Shown: positions 39,130 to 49,624, counted from the stretch's first letter. The stretch: DNA of 64,000 nucleotides from Flavobacteriales bacterium (GCA_021739695.1 JAIPBM010000008.1:37013-101012), one strand, 5' to 3'. A program made the numbers and translations. Notes: a model not told the origin generated them from the letters alone.

Positions 39130-42054
39130 CTATTTGTTTAGGCTATCTGATTTGGTAATTCCTTTTCGTTGATTCGAATCAGATTCATAATCTAGCGCAC
39201 TTTGAGAACGATCTGCCCCATACAACTCGGGTCTGATATACTTACCAGCAATCTTACCTGTTTTCTCTATCTCTACCTCCAGTTTTTCAGGGTTTTGCTT
39301 CATATACTCATCATTTCGAGCGCCCGTTAGCATCCAACTAATCTTCACACCAGGAGATCCTCCAGCAACAGAGAATGAATTTCCATCAAACTCCTTCGAT
39401 ACGTATATCTGCGTTGTTGGTCCCATAGGAGTGACGTTGTACGTGAAATCCCTGTTGATCGCAGCCACATACTCAGGCAAAGCTATTACAGCCTCACCGT
39501 TCTCGTCCAAATTTACTTTTCCACGATAGAATAATAGTGGCTCATTCGATTCAGTATTAAAGTGGCGAAGAATCTTGTTCTGCGGATCCAAAGGGTGGTC
39601 AATTACAAAATATTTAGCACCTGAGCCTCCAAAGTCACCATTAGAGTAAACGCCATATAACGCAGCTCCTGAATTGTCCGAACCATAAACACCGGCCCAT
39701 CCATCGATAGATTCTCCTCGGACTCCGTACCACCCTCCTCTGCCTTCAACACCGATACCCCAAAGGGAAGACGGGTACGAGAATCCTTCTACCCCAGGAT
39801 AGTCATTCACAGTTGAACCACTAAAAGCTCCATATACTCCAACCTCAGCACCAATGCCATAGGTTCCAATCCAACCTGTACTGTTACCATATGAACCTAC
39901 TGCATCAACAGCGTAACCTGACACTGCAAGATTAACCCCTGTAGCGTGTGAACTGAAGATATTGTCAGAAGGTGGCGTTGTACTTGCAACCGCAACTCGA
40001 ATCCCGTCATCAAATATCTGGGAGCAAACTGCCGAACTTCCGTTAGACTTAACAACAATGTTTGCTGTTGAGCATCCTACAGGTCCTGCTGGACCTTGCT
40101 GTCCTTGTGGTCCAGCTGGCCCCTGTGCCCCGGCTACTCCCGCTGGGCCTTGGGTTCCTTGCGGCCCAGGCAATCCTTGAACTCCTTGTGGACCTGCTGG
40201 ACCCTGTGGTCCTATCAGTCCATCAGCTCCTGTCGGGCCTTGTGGGCCTACGGGTCCTGTTGCTCCATCCTGTCCATCAGCACCATCTTGGCCATCTGCT
40301 CCGTCCTGTCCATCGACTCCATCTTGTCCATCAACTCCTGCTGGGCCTTGTGGGCCAGGCAATCCTTGAACTCCTTGTGGACCTGCTGGACCCTGTGGCC
40401 CTATCAGTCCATCAGCTCCTGTCGGGCCTTGTGGGCCTACAGGTCCTGTTGCTCCATCCTGTCCATCAGCACCATCTGCTCCGTCCTGTCCATCGGCTCC
40501 ATCTTGTCCATCAACTCCTGCTGGGCCTTGTGGGCCTACGGGTCCTGTTGCTCCATCCTGTCCATCAGCACCATCTTGGCCATCTGCTCCGTCCTGTCCA
40601 TCAACTCCTGCTGGACCTTGTGGGCCAGGCAATCCTTGAACTCCTTGTGGACCTGCTGGACCCTGTGGTCCTATCAGTCCATCAGCTCCTGTCGGGCCTT
40701 GTGGGCCTACAGGTCCTGTTGCTCCATCCTGTCCATCAGCACCATCTGCTCCGTCCTGTCCATCGACTCCGTCCTGTCCATCAACTCCTGCTGGGCCTTG
40801 TGGGCCAGGCAATCCTTGAACTCCTTGTGGACCTGCTGGACCCTGTGGTCCTATAAGTCCATCAGCTCCTGTCGGGCCTTGTGGGCCTACAGGTCCTGTT
40901 GCTCCATCCTGTCCATCAGCACCATCTGCTCCGTCCTGTCCATCGACTCCATCTTGTCCATCAACTCCTGCTGGGCCTTGTGGGCCAAGCAATCCTTGAA
41001 CTCCTTGTGGACCTGCTGGACCCTGTGGCCCTATCAGTCCATCAGCTCCTGTCGGGCCTTGTGGGCCTGCTGGGCCTGTGGCTCCATCCTGTCCATCCAA
41101 TCCTGCTGGGCCTTGCGGTCCCTGTGGTCCTGCCGGGCCAGTTGCGCCATCCTGTCCATCAGCACCATCTTGACCGTCTGCTCCGTCCTGTCCATCGACC
41201 CCATTCAATCCCGCTGGGCCTTGTGGTCCCTGTGGTCCTGCCGGGCCAGTTGCGCCATCCTGTCCATCAGCGCCTGTCGGACCTTGTGGTCCCTGTGGGC
41301 CTGCTGGGCCTGTTGCTCCATCCTGTCCATCAGCACCATCTTGACCGTCTGCTCCATCCTGTCCATCTGCGCCATCTTGACCGTCTGCTCCGTCTTGTCC
41401 ATCGGCTCCATCCTGTCCGTCCAATCCTGCTGGGCCTTGTGGTCCTGCCGGGCCAGTTGCGCCATCCTGTCCATCAGCGCCTGTCGGACCTTGTGGTCCC
41501 TGTGGGCCTGCTGGGCCTGTGGCTCCATCCTGTCCATCAGCACCATCTTGACCGTCTGCTCCATCCTGTCCATCCAATCCAGCTGGGCCTTGTGGTCCTG
41601 CTGGGCCTGTAACACCATCCTGTCCATCGGCACCATCTTGACCGTCTTGTCCATCGGCTCCATTCAATCCCGCTGGACCTTGTGGTCCCTGTGGGCCTGC
41701 TGGGCCTTGAGGACCTACAGCTCCTGTTGCTCCTTGAAGCCCAGGCGTTCCGTTAGTACCCGCTGGACCTGCAGGCCCTTGCGGCCCAACAGATTGAACC
41801 CAGATAGTTCCATCGAAATACCAGAATTTATTATCGTTAGTGTCATATACCATCAGACCCGTTGCAGGGGAAGCAATGGCGGTTCTTTGAATTGTGCTAA
41901 GCCTAGGGACGAGTAAACCTTTATCCGTGGCAGATAGGTCTAAGACCGCTGAAGGATTTGGCGTTGATGTTCCAATACCCATGTTATCCTGAGCCAAAGA
42001 CTCAAATGTGATAAGGCTGGTAAGAACTGAAAATACGAGTAGGACTTTTTTCAT
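39130..42054 (-). CDS. Secreted collagen-like fibre protein (190 Gly-X-Y triplets) with Gly-rich beta region and chaperone-like C-terminal domain
   Basis: Same N-terminal domain as 37873-39078; GXY at 40078-41787; G(V/T)YG repeats; [20 protein letters not shown]...LD.NGEA...LP. Confidence 0.9.
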   Translation of the reverse strand: MKKVLLVFSVLTSLITFESLAQDNMGIGTSTPNPSAVLDLSATDKGLLVPRLSTIQRTAIASPATGLMVYDTNDNKFWYFDGTIWVQSVGPQGPAGPAGTNGTPGLQGATGAVGPQGPAGPQGPQGPAGLNGADGQDGQDGADGQDGVTGPAGPQGPAGLDGQDGADGQDGADGQDGATGPAGPQGPQGPTGADGQDGATGPAGPQGPAGLDGQDGADGQDGADGQDGADGQDGADGQDGADGQDGATGPAGPQGPQGPTGADGQDGATGPAGPQGPQGPAGLNGVDGQDGADGQDGADGQDGATGPAGPQGPQGPAGLDGQDGATGPAGPQGPTGADGLIGPQGPAGPQGVQGLLGPQGPAGVDGQDGVDGQDGADGADGQDGATGPVGPQGPTGADGLIGPQGPAGPQGVQGLPGPQGPAGVDGQDGVDGQDGADGADGQDGATGPVGPQGPTGADGLIGPQGPAGPQGVQGLPGPQGPAGVDGQDGADGQDGADGQDGATGPVGPQGPAGVDGQDGADGQDGADGADGQDGATGPVGPQGPTGADGLIGPQGPAGPQGVQGLPGPQGPAGVDGQDGVDGQDGADGQDGADGQDGATGPVGPQGPTGADGLIGPQGPAGPQGVQGLPGPQGTQGPAGVAGAQGPAGPQGQQGPAGPVGCSTANIVVKSNGSSAVCSQIFDDGIRVAVASTTPPSDNIFSSHATGVNLAVSGYAVDAVGSYGNSTGWIGTYGIGAEVGVYGAFSGSTVNDYPGVEGFSYPSSLWGIGVEGRGGWYGVRGESIDGWAGVYGSDNSGAALYGVYSNGDFGGSGAKYFVIDHPLDPQNKILRHFNTESNEPLLFYRGKVNLDENGEAVIALPEYVAAINRDFTYNVTPMGPTTQIYVSKEFDGNSFSVAGGSPGVKISWMLTGARNDEYMKQNPEKLEVEIEKTGKIAGKYIRPELYGADRSQSALDYESDSNQRKGITKSDSLNK
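40078..41787. repeat. Gly-X-Y coding tandem repeat with 180-bp higher-order period
   Basis: Blocks starting at 40621, 40801 and 40981 are near-identical. Confidence 0.92.
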
Positions 42055-42279
42055 GTTACAATTGGATTTTAACTAAATGTCGCTCAATAAGTCGTTACAA
42101 TAGACGTATTGATAATTTTAATCGATGAAACAAAAGTAACAGCTAGTGAGACACATTACCAAACTCATCAGACCTGAATTAGACAAACGACCAACCGTTT
42201 TTGGTAAAATCAAAGACATTTGTTCTTAAATATCGCTTAAGAAAAACTTAAAATATTTTTTGCTGTTAGTAATCACCAC

Positions 42280-43521
42280 ATGACCAAAATGCTCAGACTA
42301 CTCATTCCAATTGCCCTACTGATATTAATTGACCTTTACTTTTTTCAACTGGTAAAAACATCGGTTCAGGATCTCAGTCAAAACTGGCGTACTGCAATTC
42401 AATTCGGATATTGGTCCGCAACCATTTGCGTGATGGTCATTCTATTTTTCACTGCCAACCGGAACGGCCTTCCAAACCATGTTAGATACTACCTCTTCAG
42501 TCTAATGTTGGTGTTGCTGATTCCAAAATTGATGGGCATCCTCGTTCTGTTGAGTGAAGACATTTTTCGATTTGGGAAAGGCGTTATGGGATTGTTTGGA
42601 TCAACTACGGATCCATTTCTTGCTAATCGAAGAAAGTTTGTTTCGCAGGTCGGCCTCGTAGTGGCAGCTATTCCTTTCAGCACTATGCTGTATGGTATGG
42701 TGAGGACAGCTTTCAACCTCCGAGTCAATAAACAGACAGTCATTTACAACGATCTACCAATTGCTTTTGACGGATTGAAAATTGCTCAAATCTCAGATCT
42801 TCATTCAGGTAGCTTTTCTTCTTCAGCATTTATAGCAGAAGCCGTTGATCGGATTCTTGAATTGAAACCTGATATCATTTTCTTCACAGGCGACCTCGTG
42901 AACAATGAGGCCGTGGAAGCGGAGCCTTACGTGCAAGAATTCAAACGGTTGAACGCAAAATTTGGGGTTCATTCCATTTTAGGCAACCATGACTATGGTG
43001 ATTATGGTCCTTGGCCCTCTCAATCTGCAAAAGCAGAAAACCTCGAAAGACTAAAACAAATTCACAGAGAATCTGGATGGAATCTACTACTGAATGATAA
43101 CCACACGCTGGAATCCAGTGGAGAAAAATTGGCCATTGTGGGTGTAGAAAACTGGGGAGCTTCCAGACATTTTCCGAAATACGGTGACTTGGATGCTGCT
43201 GTCAAAGGCGTGGAAGACGTTTCATTCAAAATCCTGCTTTCGCACGACCCAAGCCATTGGGATGCTAAAATCAAGGATCATCCACAAAAATTCCAATTGA
43301 CTCTTTCGGGACATACGCATGGGGCTCAATTTGGGATTGAAATCCCTGGATTCAAATGGAGTCCGGTTCAATATCTATACAAGCAATGGGCGGGATTGTA
43401 CGAATCTGCCGGTCAAAATATCTATGTAAACCGTGGTTTGGGATTTATCGGGTACATGGGTAGAATTGGAATTGCTCCGGAAATCACCTTATTGGAACTC
43501 AGATCAAATAAGAATGCCTAA
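42280..43521 (+). CDS. Membrane-anchored metallophosphoesterase (YkuE-like)
   Basis: ISDLHSG, FTGDLVN, LGNHDYG, LSHDP, LSGHTHGAQ, YVNRGLG; 3 N-terminal TMs then NRRKF. Confidence 0.92.
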   Translation: MTKMLRLLIPIALLILIDLYFFQLVKTSVQDLSQNWRTAIQFGYWSATICVMVILFFTANRNGLPNHVRYYLFSLMLVLLIPKLMGILVLLSEDIFRFGKGVMGLFGSTTDPFLANRRKFVSQVGLVVAAIPFSTMLYGMVRTAFNLRVNKQTVIYNDLPIAFDGLKIAQISDLHSGSFSSSAFIAEAVDRILELKPDIIFFTGDLVNNEAVEAEPYVQEFKRLNAKFGVHSILGNHDYGDYGPWPSQSAKAENLERLKQIHRESGWNLLLNDNHTLESSGEKLAIVGVENWGASRHFPKYGDLDAAVKGVEDVSFKILLSHDPSHWDAKIKDHPQKFQLTLSGHTHGAQFGIEIPGFKWSPVQYLYKQWAGLYESAGQNIYVNRGLGFIGYMGRIGIAPEITLLELRSNKNA

Positions 43522-43561
43522 CTTGGTTGGCAAGTTCAATTCCTCTGATTTCTAATAGCTT

Positions 43562-45673
43562 ATGAAGAAAATTATTGCTTGCCTAGCTGTGATGGCCGGG
43601 CTTTCTGCATCCGTATTGGCAGAAGACAACGGTTACGAATACTCGATCACGGTAAATCCCGAAGACATTACCATTGTGAGAGACAAATGGGGTGTTCCTC
43701 ATATTTTCGGAAAAACAGACGCAGACGTTGCGTATGGATTGGCTTGGGCCAATGCAGAGGATGATTTTTATACCATGCAGGAACTCGTTATTACTGCAAA
43801 AGGCCTTGCTGGGAAAATGCTCGGGGTTGAAGGGGCTGAACGTGATTTCTTTTCGCACGCTTTAGGATATCGGGAACGCGTTGAAAAGGACTTCAGTCAA
43901 CTTTCTGCTGATTATGTGAAGTACATAGAAGGTTATTGCCAAGGAGTTAATGCTTACGCCAAATTGCATAAGAAAGAAGTGCGGGTAAAAGGTACTTTCC
44001 CTATCAACCCAAAAGATGTGGTTGGTGGATACATGTTTGCGCTGAGTGCGCTTATTGGAACTCCAGGTGCTGTTGGTAAGATCATGGATGGTACATATGA
44101 TAAAGACCAACCTTCTGACCTTCCTTATGGATCTAACGCATTTGCTTTCAACAGCAATAAAACTTCAGATGGCAGTTCCATGCTTTGCATCAATCCTCAT
44201 CAACCAGTTACAGGTCCATTTTCTTGGTATGAAGCGCATTTGTGCAGCGAAGAAGGTTTGAATATTCACGGTGCAATGTTCCCAGGTAGCTCAACAGTAT
44301 TTTTAGGGAATAACGAACATTTGGGATGGGCGCACACGTTCAATCACTTAGATCTTGTGGATGTATTTCAGTTAGAAATGCATCCGAGCAAAAAGCATCT
44401 GTACAAATTCAATGGTGAGTGGAAAAAGATTGAGAAACGACCTGTTTGGTTGAAGGTGAAATTGGCAAAAGGCATCGTTTTTCCTGTAAGAAGAATGACA
44501 TATTGGAGCGAATTCGGAACTACTTTAAAATCTCCGGACGGAAATTATTACGCGGTCAAACTTCCAGGAAACGAACGAATCCGCGTTGGAGAACAGTGGT
44601 ATAGAATGGATAAGGCCAAAAACTATTCAGAATTCTACGATGCGCTCAGAATGGAATCAATCTCCATGTTCAATATTATTTATGCGGATGAAAACGATAC
44701 GGTGATGTACCTGAACAATGCCGTTGTTCCAAAACGGAATCCAGAAGTTGATTACTCTGGCGTTGTAAAAAGCAATTCCGATAAAACCATGTGGACTGAA
44801 TTTCATCATGTGGAAGACCTTATCCAGACCCTGAACCCGAAATGTGGTTGGGTTTTTAACACAAACAATAATCCAGTGCATGCAACGGCTAAAAATGAGT
44901 GGCAAAGTCTTGATGACTATCCAGCATCATTTGGCATAAGTGATAATGGCGAGAATAATAGAGCTGAACGATTTTTAGAACTGATGCGCGAAAAAGCTTC
45001 AGACCAAGTTTCATTCGAGCGGATGAAAAAAATGAAATTCGATTATGAATTTCCCGCTTGTGGCGCATACCAGAATTCCATCGAAAATCTCTTTCATGTA
45101 AACCCTAGCGATTACCCGGAATTGGCTCCACTTATCACAACTATAAACGCTTGGGATAAAAGAGGAGACAAAGAGAATAGAGGTGCCGGAGCATATCTTA
45201 TCACCTTTCAAAAAGTGTTTTCCATGATGGGATTTTCTGATGGCGAATTCAAACGCTCCGTAAGTATTCCAGACACGACTTACGTAAAAGCACTTCGTTG
45301 GGCGAAGAATCAAATAGATACGCATTACGATGGTAAAATTCCAGCGCTAGGCGAAGTGCAGCGTCATGTTCGTGGAGATGTTAATCTTCCGCTCAGCGGA
45401 TTTCCTGATGCGCTCGCTGCCAATTACAACGAAGAATGGAAAGATGGAAGGTACAAGCCTTGGGTTGCCGATTCGTATGTTCATTTTGTCCAATGGAAAG
45501 ACAAGAAAATAGTCCGAATGGAAACTTTGCACCCTTTTGGTGCATCTACCCGACCAAACTCTCCACATTACACTGATCAGATGCAATTATATGCCGATCA
45601 GCAGACCAAAACCATGACTTTGGACAAGGAGAAGATCTTTGCAGAGGCAGAATCGATCTATCACCCAAAATGA
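43562..45673 (+). CDS. Penicillin/AHL acylase family (peptidase S45, Ntn hydrolase)
   Basis: IVRDKWGVPHIFG, YGLAWANAEDD, GSNAFA nucleophile, INPH, SPHYTDQ. Confidence 0.92.
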   Translation: MKKIIACLAVMAGLSASVLAEDNGYEYSITVNPEDITIVRDKWGVPHIFGKTDADVAYGLAWANAEDDFYTMQELVITAKGLAGKMLGVEGAERDFFSHALGYRERVEKDFSQLSADYVKYIEGYCQGVNAYAKLHKKEVRVKGTFPINPKDVVGGYMFALSALIGTPGAVGKIMDGTYDKDQPSDLPYGSNAFAFNSNKTSDGSSMLCINPHQPVTGPFSWYEAHLCSEEGLNIHGAMFPGSSTVFLGNNEHLGWAHTFNHLDLVDVFQLEMHPSKKHLYKFNGEWKKIEKRPVWLKVKLAKGIVFPVRRMTYWSEFGTTLKSPDGNYYAVKLPGNERIRVGEQWYRMDKAKNYSEFYDALRMESISMFNIIYADENDTVMYLNNAVVPKRNPEVDYSGVVKSNSDKTMWTEFHHVEDLIQTLNPKCGWVFNTNNNPVHATAKNEWQSLDDYPASFGISDNGENNRAERFLELMREKASDQVSFERMKKMKFDYEFPACGAYQNSIENLFHVNPSDYPELAPLITTINAWDKRGDKENRGAGAYLITFQKVFSMMGFSDGEFKRSVSIPDTTYVKALRWAKNQIDTHYDGKIPALGEVQRHVRGDVNLPLSGFPDALAANYNEEWKDGRYKPWVADSYVHFVQWKDKKIVRMETLHPFGASTRPNSPHYTDQMQLYADQQTKTMTLDKEKIFAEAESIYHPK

Positions 45674-45768
45674 TATCGTAAACACTTGATACATAGTTAA
45701 TAGGCATTGAATTGGGGCAGACGTACCTTTACGTTTGTGAGTTCAACCCCTAAATATTTCTACACTTA

Positions 45769-47892
45769 ATGCCCCAAAAACCATTGATGCTGGTTGCCAT
45801 CCTTTTTGCAACTACTAGCCTTTTCGCTGGCAAACCGAAAATCTCTGAAAACGAGCCAAACAGCACTGGTTCTCAATTTGAGAAGATTGATATCGCTAAG
45901 ATTCAAATAGTCCGCGACCAGTGGGGCGTGCCTCACATTTTTGCCGATCAAGATCACGAAGTTGCCTATGGCTTGGCTTGGGCCAATGCTGAAGACGATT
46001 TCGGAACCATGCAAGAACTTCTTATTGCAGGTCAAGGTCGATCTGGACAACTGATGGGAAAAGATGGCGCCAAGCGCGATTTTCTACTTCACGCATTTGG
46101 AGTGAAAGATGTGGTTGATGCGAAATTTGATTCCGCTTTCAGCGAAGAATACAAGCAGTACTTAGACGGTTATGCGCAAGGAATCAATGCGTATGCGAGT
46201 TCGTATCCAGACGAGGTGCTCCTGCACGGACTCTTTCCAATATCTGGGAAAGACCTCGTTTACGGGAACGTGTTTGCAGCGTGCATCGTTTCTGGCGGGC
46301 ACTTAGAAGTGGCCAACATACTTAACGGAGAATACGATGGCGGCACAACTTGGCTTGGTTCCAATGCCATGGCTTTCAATCAGAATAAGACTGAAGACGA
46401 AAGCACGATACTGGTTGTCAATCCACACCAACCAATGGAAGGTCCATTTTCTTGGTACGAAGCGCATCTCTGCAGCAACGAAGGATTGAATATCCTTGGT
46501 GGGCTTTTTCCCGGAGGACCATCGGTTTTCTTGGGGACCAACGAAAATCTTGGTTGGGCACACACGGTCAATAAACTTGATCTGGTAGATGTGTTCAAAC
46601 TGAAAATGAATGAAGAAAAAAAACACTCGTATCAGCTTGATGGAGAATGGTTTGAATTGGATAAACGACTCACCTTCCTAAAGGTGAAATTGAGCAACAT
46701 TCTTACCGTGCCAATTCCTAAAATGACATATTGGAGTAAGTACGGAGCCACCATCAAATCAAAAGATGGTGATTACTACTCGGTTCGATTAGCAGCAAAC
46801 CAAAAGATCAATACGATTGAGGAAATCTATCGAATGAACAAGGCCAAGAATTTTGATGAATTCTACGAAGCCTTGAGCATGGAAGCGCATCCGCGATATA
46901 ACGTGATCTATGCCGACCGCGAAGGAAATATCATGTACCTGAACAACGGACTTATTCCAAAACGGAATGAGGATTACAACTGGGCTTCCGTGCTGCCTGG
47001 TGACACGAGCGCCACGTTGTGGACAGAATTCCACCCAATTCAGGAACGGCCTCAGATCGTTAATCCTGCTTGTGGTTATGTTTTCAATACGAACAACACT
47101 CCTTTTAACGCAACATGCGAAAGTGAGAACATGAATCCGATGGATTATCCACCATACTTCGGATTTGAGCATGGAGACAACAATAGAAGTACACGCTTGA
47201 TGCAATTACTGGAAGAACAAGAAACCGTAAATCTAGAAGAGGTTAAGCGAATGAAATTCGATTGTCAACTGCCTGATTCAAGCACGTTCTTCAATTCGGT
47301 TGACAATTTCATGCAACTTGACCCGAACAGTTTTCCAGATGTAGCGGAAAGTATTGTGAAGATGCAGAATTGGGACAGGCGTGCCGACAAGGAAAGTGAA
47401 GCGGCTGGAATGTACCTTCTCACCTATCATTACATTTTCGATAAGTTGAAGCTTGGAACGGAAGCTTTCATTGATGGAATGGATGTGGACGATAACCTAT
47501 TTATTGAAGCGGTTACTTACGCCAACGAGCATTTGATGGAATACTTTAAAACACTGGACGTCACACTTGGCGAATTGCAAGTACATGTTCGTGGAGAGAA
47601 AGAATATGGTGTAAACGGTTTTGCAGATGCATTGGCTGCCAACTACAATATGCCTTATACCAATGGTCGGTTCAAGACCTTTGTGGCTGATTCATACGTG
47701 CAATTTGCACAATGGAAAACAGGCGAGGAAGTTTCGTTGCAAACGCTGCATCCGTATGGCGCTTCCAACAGAGAATGGTCTGCGCACTACAATGATCAAA
47801 TGGAATTATATGCCAATCAGCAGACCAAGAAGATGACATTGAACAAGGAAGAGATCTTTGCAAACGCAGAGAAAATCTATCATCCAAAGTAA
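45769..47892 (+). CDS. Penicillin/AHL acylase family (peptidase S45), tandem paralog
   Basis: IVRDQWGVPHIFA, GSNAMA, VNPHQP, HYNDQ. Confidence 0.92.
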   Translation: MPQKPLMLVAILFATTSLFAGKPKISENEPNSTGSQFEKIDIAKIQIVRDQWGVPHIFADQDHEVAYGLAWANAEDDFGTMQELLIAGQGRSGQLMGKDGAKRDFLLHAFGVKDVVDAKFDSAFSEEYKQYLDGYAQGINAYASSYPDEVLLHGLFPISGKDLVYGNVFAACIVSGGHLEVANILNGEYDGGTTWLGSNAMAFNQNKTEDESTILVVNPHQPMEGPFSWYEAHLCSNEGLNILGGLFPGGPSVFLGTNENLGWAHTVNKLDLVDVFKLKMNEEKKHSYQLDGEWFELDKRLTFLKVKLSNILTVPIPKMTYWSKYGATIKSKDGDYYSVRLAANQKINTIEEIYRMNKAKNFDEFYEALSMEAHPRYNVIYADREGNIMYLNNGLIPKRNEDYNWASVLPGDTSATLWTEFHPIQERPQIVNPACGYVFNTNNTPFNATCESENMNPMDYPPYFGFEHGDNNRSTRLMQLLEEQETVNLEEVKRMKFDCQLPDSSTFFNSVDNFMQLDPNSFPDVAESIVKMQNWDRRADKESEAAGMYLLTYHYIFDKLKLGTEAFIDGMDVDDNLFIEAVTYANEHLMEYFKTLDVTLGELQVHVRGEKEYGVNGFADALAANYNMPYTNGRFKTFVADSYVQFAQWKTGEEVSLQTLHPYGASNREWSAHYNDQMELYANQQTKKMTLNKEEIFANAEKIYHPK

Positions 47893-47913
47893 TTCTGTAC
47901 TAGAAGTCTACGT

Positions 47914-47944
47914 ATTAAAAAAGGCCCTTACGGGCCTTTTTAAT
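47914..47944. terminator. Bidirectional intrinsic terminator
   Basis: ATTAAAAAAGGCCC-TTAC-GGGCCTTTTTAAT between convergent genes. Confidence 0.85.
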
Positions 47945-47947
47945 TTA

Positions 47948-49624
47948 TCAGTTAACCGACAGCTTCAGTCGCTTAAAGGTTTTGTCATCAATGGATTCGA
48001 GCGCTTTCAATACCGCATCATCTTCTGCGTTAAAGACGCGGTAGAACGCTTCAGTTTGCCAAAGTGTTCGAGCCAAAAGCGCTTTCAACCTTGTTCGGAT
48101 GATCTTGCCAGAAGCCTCCATTCCTTCCGCCTTTCTTGTAGCGAAATCCTTCTCTTCAGCATCATCTGTAGGCTTTTCAACCGCAGCAACTGCGTCCGTT
48201 GTGTCTTTGGCCTTTGGCTTTAGCTCCTTCTCTGCAAAGGCAAAAAAGTCATCTAGGAATTTGCCATCAAGATCAAATTTGGCTTCAAATGTTTCAAAAT
48301 CCGGATACGTTTTTGCAAGCTCATCCCTATGCGTATCTACATATTCGTTTATGTACTGATAGAACAGTCCTCGGCTAAGCAGGTCTCGCAAGAAGTCTGA
48401 ATTTTCTGAAGTATCAAGCGGAATGAAAATATCTGGCAGAATACCTCCGCCTCCGTATACTTTACGCTTGTTGTCCGTAAGAAACTCCTGATGATCATCC
48501 ACATGGATACTGTCCATACTGAACAACTCTCCGTTGTCTCTTCTGCGCTGCCCTTCCTTTCTGTATTCCTCGTTTCCTTCTTCGTAAGGACGCTGAATAC
48601 ATCTTCCTGCTGGAGTGTAATATCGAGCCGTGGTGAGTTTAAGTGTCGATCCATCACGCAGTTTAAATGGCCGTTGAACCAAGCCTTTTCCGAATGATCT
48701 GCGACCGATGATGAGACCTCTATCATGATCTTGAATCGCTCCTGAAACAATCTCGCTTGCCGATGCGGAACCTTCATCTATCAACACCACTAGTTTTCCT
48801 TTCTCAAATCGTCCTTGACTAGTGGCAAAATAGTCTCGCTTAGGGTTCGATACGCCTTCCGTGTAGACGATCAACTTCTTGTCGTCAAGAAACTCGTCAG
48901 ACAATTCGATAGCTGTATTCAAATATCCTCCAGAATTGCCCCTCAGGTCAAGCACCAAGTGTTTCATTCCCAATGGAATCAACTCGTTCATTGCTTCAGC
49001 AAACTCATCCATGGTGGTTTGAGCAAAACGATTCAGTTTAATGTATCCAACTTCTGGAGTGAGCATGTACGATGCATCCAGACTGAAAATTGGAATCTTA
49101 TCGCGAACGATCGTGTATTCTACAAGTTCGCTTACTCCTCTTCGGTAGATCTTAACACGAACTTTCGTTCCCTTATCGCCCCTCAGTTTTGCGATCACAT
49201 CTCCATTAGTAATTCCGATGCCGGCCACCACGGTGTCTTCAATTTCAACGATCTTATCGCCAGATCTTATTCCTAGTTTCTCGGAAGGTCCGCCAGAAAT
49301 TGGAGATACAACGGCAATCGTATCGTGAAGAATATTGAATTGAACTCCGATTCCTTCAAAATTGCCTGAAAGCGGCTCATTCATCTTCTCGTATTCTTCG
49401 GCCGTCATGTACTCGCTGTGAGGATCGAGTTCTTTGACCATTCCGACAATGGCCTCATCAACCAACATTTCGTAGTCTGGATGATCGACATACTTGGTTT
49501 CAATCAGGTTGAGTACGTCATCAAACTTGAGTTTGTATTCTTCCTTAATGGTTCGCTGTGCAAGGGCGCTGGTAGCAACAAGTGCCAATCCAAGCACCAA
49601 TCCCGACAATCTTCTCATATCCAT
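47948..49624 (-). CDS. S41 family C-terminal processing peptidase (PDZ + protease)
   Basis: LDPHSEY, FEGIGV, LDLRGN.GGYL, SASASEIVSGAIQD.DR, SFGKGLVQ. Confidence 0.95.
   Translation of the reverse strand: MDMRRLSGLVLGLALVATSALAQRTIKEEYKLKFDDVLNLIETKYVDHPDYEMLVDEAIVGMVKELDPHSEYMTAEEYEKMNEPLSGNFEGIGVQFNILHDTIAVVSPISGGPSEKLGIRSGDKIVEIEDTVVAGIGITNGDVIAKLRGDKGTKVRVKIYRRGVSELVEYTIVRDKIPIFSLDASYMLTPEVGYIKLNRFAQTTMDEFAEAMNELIPLGMKHLVLDLRGNSGGYLNTAIELSDEFLDDKKLIVYTEGVSNPKRDYFATSQGRFEKGKLVVLIDEGSASASEIVSGAIQDHDRGLIIGRRSFGKGLVQRPFKLRDGSTLKLTTARYYTPAGRCIQRPYEEGNEEYRKEGQRRRDNGELFSMDSIHVDDHQEFLTDNKRKVYGGGGILPDIFIPLDTSENSDFLRDLLSRGLFYQYINEYVDTHRDELAKTYPDFETFEAKFDLDGKFLDDFFAFAEKELKPKAKDTTDAVAAVEKPTDDAEEKDFATRKAEGMEASGKIIRTRLKALLARTLWQTEAFYRVFNAEDDAVLKALESIDDKTFKRLKLSVN

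Noticed and set aside
40078-41787. Possible CRISPR-like array
   Set aside because: The repeats are contiguous, in-frame coding units with no unique spacers, and there are no cas genes.
40062-41916. Long plus-strand ORFs (606, 264 and 243 aa) and alternative-frame ORFs over the collagen genes, also at 38193-38906
   Set aside because: Shadow frames of the GXY repeat, which lacks stops in several frames; low-complexity translations with no start context.
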